Under the pieces are notes generated by a model, which saw only the letters and a program-made list of their open reading frames with translations, was not told the DNA's origin and made no database searches. A stretch of DNA of 64,000 bases. It comes from a virus. The translations under genes and the position numbers were made by a program. The stretch lies in the IMG/VR virus record IMGVR_UViG_3300042691_018174. One strand, 5' to 3'. Positions 57,973 to 64,000 of this stretch are shown here, piece by piece (position 1 is the stretch's first letter; every line of letters starts with the position of its first letter).

Positions 57973-57978
57973 TAAATA
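57973..57978 (+). promoter_or_regulatory. Late promoter box (A)TAAATA
   Basis: Intergenic, 21 nt upstream of ATG 58000. Confidence 0.5.
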
Positions 57979-57999
57979 AAAAAGATAAAAGAAAATAAA

Positions 58000-58743
58000 A
58001 TGACTCAAGCAATTCTTAAACAATTTAGGGCTGAAGGCGGGTTTAAAACTAACCCTTCTAGTAATTTTGGCGAAATTTTTGGTACAAAATTAGACATAGA
58101 TGGGGTAATGACCATTGATAATAATAGTATTGCTATTACCAATGCAAATCAAAATTTAAATTTGATAGTTACTGGTACTGGATCTGTATCTACAACTCGT
58201 TTAGTAGCTAATCAAATCACAGCATCAACAATTTCAGGTAATTTAACAGGCAATGTTACTGGCAATGTTACTGGTAATTTAACAGGCAATGTTACTGGCA
58301 ATGTTACTGGCAATGTCACAGGTGACATAATTTCTTCTGGAACATCTAGTTTTTCAAATGCGTTAATATCTGGTGGAGTTATTAATGCTGTTCAGATAGG
58401 AACAACTAGTCCATCATCAGGAAGATTCACATCTTTAGAAGCTAATGAAATTACGGGTGCTATAGGAAACGGAAGTAAAAATTCAGGAAGTTTTACTACA
58501 CTGTCCGCAACAGGACAAATCACACTGTTGAGTAATGTAGAAAGTAATAATTTAACCAGCGGTGCACTGATTCTATCTGGCGGAGTTGGCATCGCCAAAA
58601 ACGTAAATATAGGTGGTAATGTAAATATTACAGGAACAGCAAGTGCTGCCAATCCGACCACAAATACACATTTAACTACAAAACTTTACGTAGATAGGCA
58701 AGATATAAAAAGTTTAGCGTATGCAGTGGCTTTTGGATTATAA
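58000..58743 (+). CDS. Short fibre-like protein with GN(V/L)T repeats (247 aa)
   Basis: GNLTGNVT repeats, GALILSGGVGIAKNVNIGG, HLTTKLYVD. Confidence 0.7.
   Translation: MTQAILKQFRAEGGFKTNPSSNFGEIFGTKLDIDGVMTIDNNSIAITNANQNLNLIVTGTGSVSTTRLVANQITASTISGNLTGNVTGNVTGNLTGNVTGNVTGNVTGDIISSGTSSFSNALISGGVINAVQIGTTSPSSGRFTSLEANEITGAIGNGSKNSGSFTTLSATGQITLLSNVESNNLTSGALILSGGVGIAKNVNIGGNVNITGTASAANPTTNTHLTTKLYVDRQDIKSLAYAVAFGL
58237..58320 (+). repeat. 12-bp tandem repeat (7 units) containing a perfect 36-bp duplication
   Basis: GGTAATTTAACA/GGCAATGTTACT units; 58237-58272 is identical to 58273-58308. Confidence 0.95.
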
Positions 58744-58754
58744 AAGGATTAATA

Positions 58755-61700
58755 ATGGCAAAGAAAAGAATTAAAGAATATATTTTTGTACCAGGAAGAT
58801 CGGCGTTAGATAATCTCTTTCCAAATGCCTATTCTTTAATCACTTCAAATAAAGAATTCATAAAAGATGAAGCTAGAGAATACATTGCCTATCGTGTAGT
58901 ACAAGACACCGCAGTAAATTATTTTCCTGTAGCAGTTACATTATTACAATCTAATAGAAATTTTATTTTAGCAGAAATGTCTGCGTGGATAAGATTCCAA
59001 ATTAGTAATAATATTTCTCCATTTGGTGGATATGAATATAATGATACACAAAAATCAAAATGTGAGAGAGATGTTGGATATTTGCTTGATGCATATGCTT
59101 ATGACTTGAGATATGGTGGAAACGAAAAAACAATAGAAGTTAATCGTGAATTCTACATTAATGGGGTAGCTCAGTTATATCATATCCCACAAGAAGTTGC
59201 AACACACGAGTTTTTAACTGATTTAATATCTAACTATGTTTTAAAAAGTATTTTATATCCTACCAAACAGTCGCCAATAGTACAAACTCAAGTACTAGGG
59301 GTATCTGGTGAAACTTCAGCAATATCAAAAGCTGCAACATTATCTAATATTGCTAGAGATGTAATTGCAAATGGTCTAACTTCTTTACCAGCAGTTCAAT
59401 TTAATCTAGCTTTTGCAAATTATACATACAATGCTGCTAAATGTGAAAGAGATGTTGGGTATGTTTTAAGTGCATATCTTTGGGATTTGAGATATGGCGG
59501 AAATAGAGATACTAGAAAAGTTTCAGAAAAATATTGGGTAGGCGATACTCCACAAGTGGACGGAAGCAGACAACCTGAAATTGAAACGCATAATTTTATT
59601 AAAGAGTTAATTAATTCTTATATATTAACCAACACGCAATTTCCTTATAGACAGTCACCTGTAGCAACTACACAGATAATTGATCCTTCTAAAACTTTAG
59701 AAGCAGGGTCAACAACTAAAATCATAGAATTATACGGCATACTGTCTGGCGTAATACAAAATGGATTGTCAGCACTACCGGCCTTAATAAGTGGTGTTGG
59801 TATTGCTTATATACAAGGCAAGTGGACACTAGATCAAATTCTTTTGATTACTAATGTTTCCAAAAATATAATCATTTATAATTTTGCAGATCCAGGAGCA
59901 GGTAGTATATTGGCATATGCTGATCCCACTACTCCTGATGTTGACACTCAGATTGATTATGGATATACTGGCATTGTACTAAATTTTGATACATCAAATA
60001 TGGATGTAGGTGATGATCTACAAATATTCGTAGAAGATTATCAAGAGCTCAAAGTTAGACCTTATGATTTTGGTACAGATGCAATTGAAAGACAGCGTGT
60101 GGCGAATGCTCAGTCCATGCTCGATGCTGACTTTGAGTATGGACTTCAGCCTACCAAATGGCAGGCATTGGCATTGGCTAGATCATATCCAGGCACATAT
60201 GAAGTTCCAGGAACAGAACTCGCTGTAACAGCCGTAACGACCGATGCTTCTGCACCAACAGGATTTATAGGTCAGAGCTTAATAACTGTGACCACTGAAG
60301 GTGCTCACGGACTTTCGCCTGGCATAGCATTTACAATAAAAAGTTTAGATAGCACAGTAACTGGATTTAGTAGAGCTGAAGGAACTTTCTTATGTAATAC
60401 TACTCCAACTTCTAATACATTTACATATTATTCTAAAGCAAAAGTTGGATCGACTTCAGGACAAAATTTAGTTCTATCTACTACAACATTTAAACGAGCA
60501 AAATTTTTTACTGGAGCAGCTATTGGCTCACCTACATTTAGTATATTTTCTCAAGGATCATCAGGAGAGTTTTCTCCTGCATTAGCGTCTCCTACAGGAA
60601 CATTTTATATACCGTATACTGGATCAATTCCAGTAGTTAATGCACCTGTTATTGGTTCTGGATATATCACTCCTGGTACTGTGATAACAGCAGTTAATGG
60701 AACAGGCTCGCCCAGTTCAGTTCAATATACCAATTTAGTAGGAACAAATATTGGTGGCATTGGTGTAGGAGCAACATTTAATATCAATAGAACTTCTGGA
60801 GTTTATATAGTAACAATAGCTACAGGTGGAACTGGCTATGCGATCGGTGATCAAATTATATTCTTTGGAGAAACATTAGATGGCGTAACTCCTGGCAACG
60901 ATTGTTTAGTGCAGGTTGCAACTGTTGATTCAGGAACTGGCGAAATACTAACAATAACTTCTTCAGGAACAGGTATTGCTTCTGGTGTAACAACATCAAA
61001 TCAAGTGCAAATTACTGCACAAACAGGCACCACCGTAATAGAAATGAGCAGTACTTCTGGAATTATACCAGGACTAGCATTTAATCGAGGAGACGGCACA
61101 CCAACAGTAGTAACTACTGTAGAAGGAAATACTATTAACATTAATAGGCCTTTAACAGCAAATATTGTGGGTTCTACAGCAACATTTCAAAACGTGTCGC
61201 CAGTGGATATAGTAGGTAGCGGCACTAACGCAACCTTTAATGTGACTAGAACAGGAACTGTATATTCTGCTACTGTAGCAAATCAAGGAACAAATTATCA
61301 AGCAGGTGATTCTTTAATAATTTTAGGTTCAAGTTTAGGAGGATCTAATGGATTACATGATCTAGTTATAACTGTTAGTACAGTAAACGTGGGAGGAACT
61401 ATTGCCACTTTTACAACTACGGGTACAGGATTGGACACTAATTCCTTTACTAATGTTGCTACATCCAACATAACTGGACAAGGTTCCGGTGCTACATTTA
61501 ATGTTACAAGAAGCAATGATGCCTATTCAGTGGTTAATATTAACAGTACTGGTTTAGATTATGTCGATGGTGATATTATTAAGATTAATGGTTTAGCAGT
61601 TGGCGGAGCAGCCCTTACAAATGACATAACACTAACAGTAACGTCAGTCAGTGTCTTAGGCGCAATATTGACTTATACTTTTTCAGGTACTGCGCAGCCT

Positions 61701-64000
61701 TCTACATCATCATATACGAACCCTGCAAATACTACAAACGGAGTGGGCACAGGTGCGACATTTAATGTAACTAGATTAGGTAACACTTATTCGTTAGTTA
61801 CTTTAACCAACGCAGGTGACAACACTAGAACAGCTAAAAGTTTTAATGTATTTGGCAGCACAAACATATCAATCACTGAATCTAAGTATGGTGGCTCATC
61901 ATTAAAAATATTTAATCAGTTGGCACCATCTACAGCTGACAGTTATGTGCAAGTAGCAGCCAATTCAGATTTTGATTTTGGAACTGCACCATTTACTATA
62001 GAGTTTGATATTTTTAAAGTAGGTACTGGCGCCAACCAAACTATTTTAGATATGAGACAAGCAGAACCTGACACAGGTTTGTTGTTAGGTATTGATGCTA
62101 CTGAGCATTTATATATTTTCTTAAATGGTTCAATAGTAGCTACATCAACTAATCCTCTTTCTGCTAACACATGGCATCATATTGAAATATCTTCTACTAC
62201 ACGAACTGTGTCAGGCACCACAAGAATTTTTGTAGATGGAGTAGTGGAAGCTAGTTTTACTGATACAACTAATTACGGTTCAAGTTATTCTACAGTTCCT
62301 ATGATCATAGGAGCAAACTATACTGGTGCTGGTGACGGCTTCAGAGGATATATTGAAGAATTTAGGGTTTCTACTAGCACTGCGAGACATACATCAGCTT
62401 ATACAGCGCCAACATCAGAATTTTTACACGATTCTAATACTGTAATGTTGCTACATTTTAATGGTCAAGACGGGTCGACTGTTATAGATGATGATTTTGG
62501 CGGATATAAGACAGGTGACTTAGTAACTATACTAGGTTCTAATTTAGGTGGTACTAATACCACAAATGATTTAACCATCACAATAACTTCGACTACTATT
62601 GGTAAAATTAGTACGTTTAATTGGGCAGGCGCCGCATCAGACGTATCACAATATAATGCAGTTTCAGTAGCAAATGTATCTGGACAAGGAAGTGGGTTAA
62701 CATTTAATATAACACAAAACGGAACTGTATACGAAAACATATCTACAGATAATGAAGGATCTAGTTACGTAGTCACTGATAGAATACGAATTTCTGGAAC
62801 TGCGTTAGGTGGAGCAACACCTGCAAATGATATAATTATTAGAATTACTTCAGCAAGTTCAACTGGTGTTGTAGGAACTTTTGAAATATTATCTGGTACT
62901 GCGGCAGCAAGTACTGATACCTATAATGCTGTGACCACTGCGTCTGTTGAAAGTCCTGGTTCAGGAGTAATATTAACAGTATCAAAAGAAGCGGGTTCAT
63001 ATGCTATAGATTCTTTCGATAATGGTGGTTCTGGATATAAAGTAGGAAACAGACTAAAAATTGTAGGTAATTTTCTATCTGGAGCACCAGTATTACATGA
63101 TGCATTAGTAACAGTTCTCACTGTGGATGGCACTGGCGCAATCACAGATGCGTCTATATCAGGTACTGCCAGCGGCGGTGAAACTATTGATTTTTATTCA
63201 ACAATTACTTTATCAGATCCAATAGCATCAACCATTCCCACTAATGCAATTTTAAATTTTAGTGCTATTGCTAAAATTCAAGTGACTTTTGACAACTTCC
63301 ATGGTTTAGTTCCAGGCAGTGCATTGATTATTCAAATTACTTCTGGCGGTTTAAATCAAAATCTCGCTGCAGGAAACTTTTACGTTGAGGAAGTACCAGA
63401 ACCAAATATAATTAGGTACACTGCACGAGCTCAAGGATCTATTAGTGAAGGTGGTTTAATTGGCAAAGTATATTCTAGAACTGATGCGTTCTTCGTTCAC
63501 AGACCATTCGACGGGGGAGTTCAGTTAGGCACTGGCGGACCACAACATGCTGCTCAAGCCATACGTATGAGTAAAAATTACATTCGTTATCAATCTGGTA
63601 AAGGTTTGATGTATACCACAGGATGTTTATTTGCTCCAAGCTATGATTTGTCCTCAGCTACAGCAGACGGACTTGATTCTGGAAGTATAATAACTTTCCA
63701 AACAGATGATATTGATCATGGTTTACAAATTGGTGCCGAAGTTAGAATTCTCGGAGTAGCTACCAGCGGATATAATAATACATACACTGTATCAAATATT
63801 ATAGATGAAAAAACGTTTCAAGTTGAAGCAGTGTCAAGATTAGGGTCTAAAGTAGCAGAACTTGATGTTGCTCAAGTTTCTCTATATCAATGGAGCGGTG
63901 CTACGGTCAGGGCTGGTTGTTTTGATGAACAAAATGGAATGTTTTGGCAGTATGATGGACAGAAAATCGCCGTTGGCATTAGATCCGCTACTTTCCAATT
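58755..64000 (+). CDS. Giant mosaic virion protein, partial (>1,748 aa), runs off the right edge
   Basis: Absent from the ORF track (no stop in window). AAGGA SD and ATG 58755 (MAKKRIKEYIFVPG); same frame reads FWQYDGQKIAVGIRSATFQ at the edge. Two KCERD domains, six GATFNVTR-type repeats and one LamG domain. Confidence 0.85.
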   Translation, partial: MAKKRIKEYIFVPGRSALDNLFPNAYSLITSNKEFIKDEAREYIAYRVVQDTAVNYFPVAVTLLQSNRNFILAEMSAWIRFQISNNISPFGGYEYNDTQKSKCERDVGYLLDAYAYDLRYGGNEKTIEVNREFYINGVAQLYHIPQEVATHEFLTDLISNYVLKSILYPTKQSPIVQTQVLGVSGETSAISKAATLSNIARDVIANGLTSLPAVQFNLAFANYTYNAAKCERDVGYVLSAYLWDLRYGGNRDTRKVSEKYWVGDTPQVDGSRQPEIETHNFIKELINSYILTNTQFPYRQSPVATTQIIDPSKTLEAGSTTKIIELYGILSGVIQNGLSALPALISGVGIAYIQGKWTLDQILLITNVSKNIIIYNFADPGAGSILAYADPTTPDVDTQIDYGYTGIVLNFDTSNMDVGDDLQIFVEDYQELKVRPYDFGTDAIERQRVANAQSMLDADFEYGLQPTKWQALALARSYPGTYEVPGTELAVTAVTTDASAPTGFIGQSLITVTTEGAHGLSPGIAFTIKSLDSTVTGFSRAEGTFLCNTTPTSNTFTYYSKAKVGSTSGQNLVLSTTTFKRAKFFTGAAIGSPTFSIFSQGSSGEFSPALASPTGTFYIPYTGSIPVVNAPVIGSGYITPGTVITAVNGTGSPSSVQYTNLVGTNIGGIGVGATFNINRTSGVYIVTIATGGTGYAIGDQIIFFGETLDGVTPGNDCLVQVATVDSGTGEILTITSSGTGIASGVTTSNQVQITAQTGTTVIEMSSTSGIIPGLAFNRGDGTPTVVTTVEGNTININRPLTANIVGSTATFQNVSPVDIVGSGTNATFNVTRTGTVYSATVANQGTNYQAGDSLIILGSSLGGSNGLHDLVITVSTVNVGGTIATFTTTGTGLDTNSFTNVATSNITGQGSGATFNVTRSNDAYSVVNINSTGLDYVDGDIIKINGLAVGGAALTNDITLTVTSVSVLGAILTYTFSGTAQPSTSSYTNPANTTNGVGTGATFNVTRLGNTYSLVTLTNAGDNTRTAKSFNVFGSTNISITESKYGGSSLKIFNQLAPSTADSYVQVAANSDFDFGTAPFTIEFDIFKVGTGANQTILDMRQAEPDTGLLLGIDATEHLYIFLNGSIVATSTNPLSANTWHHIEISSTTRTVSGTTRIFVDGVVEASFTDTTNYGSSYSTVPMIIGANYTGAGDGFRGYIEEFRVSTSTARHTSAYTAPTSEFLHDSNTVMLLHFNGQDGSTVIDDDFGGYKTGDLVTILGSNLGGTNTTNDLTITITSTTIGKISTFNWAGAASDVSQYNAVSVANVSGQGSGLTFNITQNGTVYENISTDNEGSSYVVTDRIRISGTALGGATPANDIIIRITSASSTGVVGTFEILSGTAAASTDTYNAVTTASVESPGSGVILTVSKEAGSYAIDSFDNGGSGYKVGNRLKIVGNFLSGAPVLHDALVTVLTVDGTGAITDASISGTASGGETIDFYSTITLSDPIASTIPTNAILNFSAIAKIQVTFDNFHGLVPGSALIIQITSGGLNQNLAAGNFYVEEVPEPNIIRYTARAQGSISEGGLIGKVYSRTDAFFVHRPFDGGVQLGTGGPQHAAQAIRMSKNYIRYQSGKGLMYTTGCLFAPSYDLSSATADGLDSGSIITFQTDDIDHGLQIGAEVRILGVATSGYNNTYTVSNIIDEKTFQVEAVSRLGSKVAELDVAQVSLYQWSGATVRAGCFDEQNGMFWQYDGQKIAVGIRSATFQ

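Noticed and set aside
160-63145. Dozens of 60-150 aa ORFs antisense to or nested in long genes
   Set aside because: Shadow ORFs from codon bias of the real genes; no SD, promoter or motif support.
1-64000. Stop-codon reassignment (no TAG among about 40 gene ends)
   Set aside because: Multi-kilobase ORFs are intact in the standard code with no in-frame TAG or TGA; low TAG use is ordinary in AT-rich phages.
1-64000. CRISPR array, tRNA genes, inteins or introns in portal, capsid or gp46
   Set aside because: No spaced direct repeats or cloverleaf-like sequence in the few intergenic gaps; core genes have normal or short lengths with contiguous motifs.

Overview
The whole window is a gene-dense, AT-rich segment of a large T4-related myovirus (probably a jumbo phage; inferred from gene sizes), read in the standard genetic code. 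1-18566 (-): baseplate operon with a >2,890-aa protein running off the left edge, then gp6-, gp25-, gp5-, hub-, gp53- and tube-initiator-like genes. 18648-23453 (+): operon driven by a perfect sigma70 promoter, encoding a gp55-like late sigma factor, the gp47/gp46 (Mre11/Rad50) nuclease, two Hc1-like basic proteins, a small coiled-coil protein and a GIY-YIG nuclease. 23455-23915: a GC-enriched, densely base-paired non-coding element that looks like a large structured RNA followed by three DNA-type mini-hairpins. 23923-25010 (-): a gp26-like gene apparently extended by a programmed -1 frameshift. 25075-33339 (+): tape-measure-like protein, portal, core/scaffold proteins, prohead protease and major capsid protein. 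33405-64000 (+): a long block of fibre/appendage proteins (beta-helix, LamG, RCC1-like propeller, cupredoxin-like and phycobiliprotein-like modules), the last running off the right edge. Best leads: the large structured RNA beside the GIY-YIG gene, phycobiliprotein-like KCxRD domains in a virion protein, and the lambda G/GT-type frameshift in a T4-like tail gene. All family assignments come from motif recognition and gene order by eye; no database search or folding program was run.
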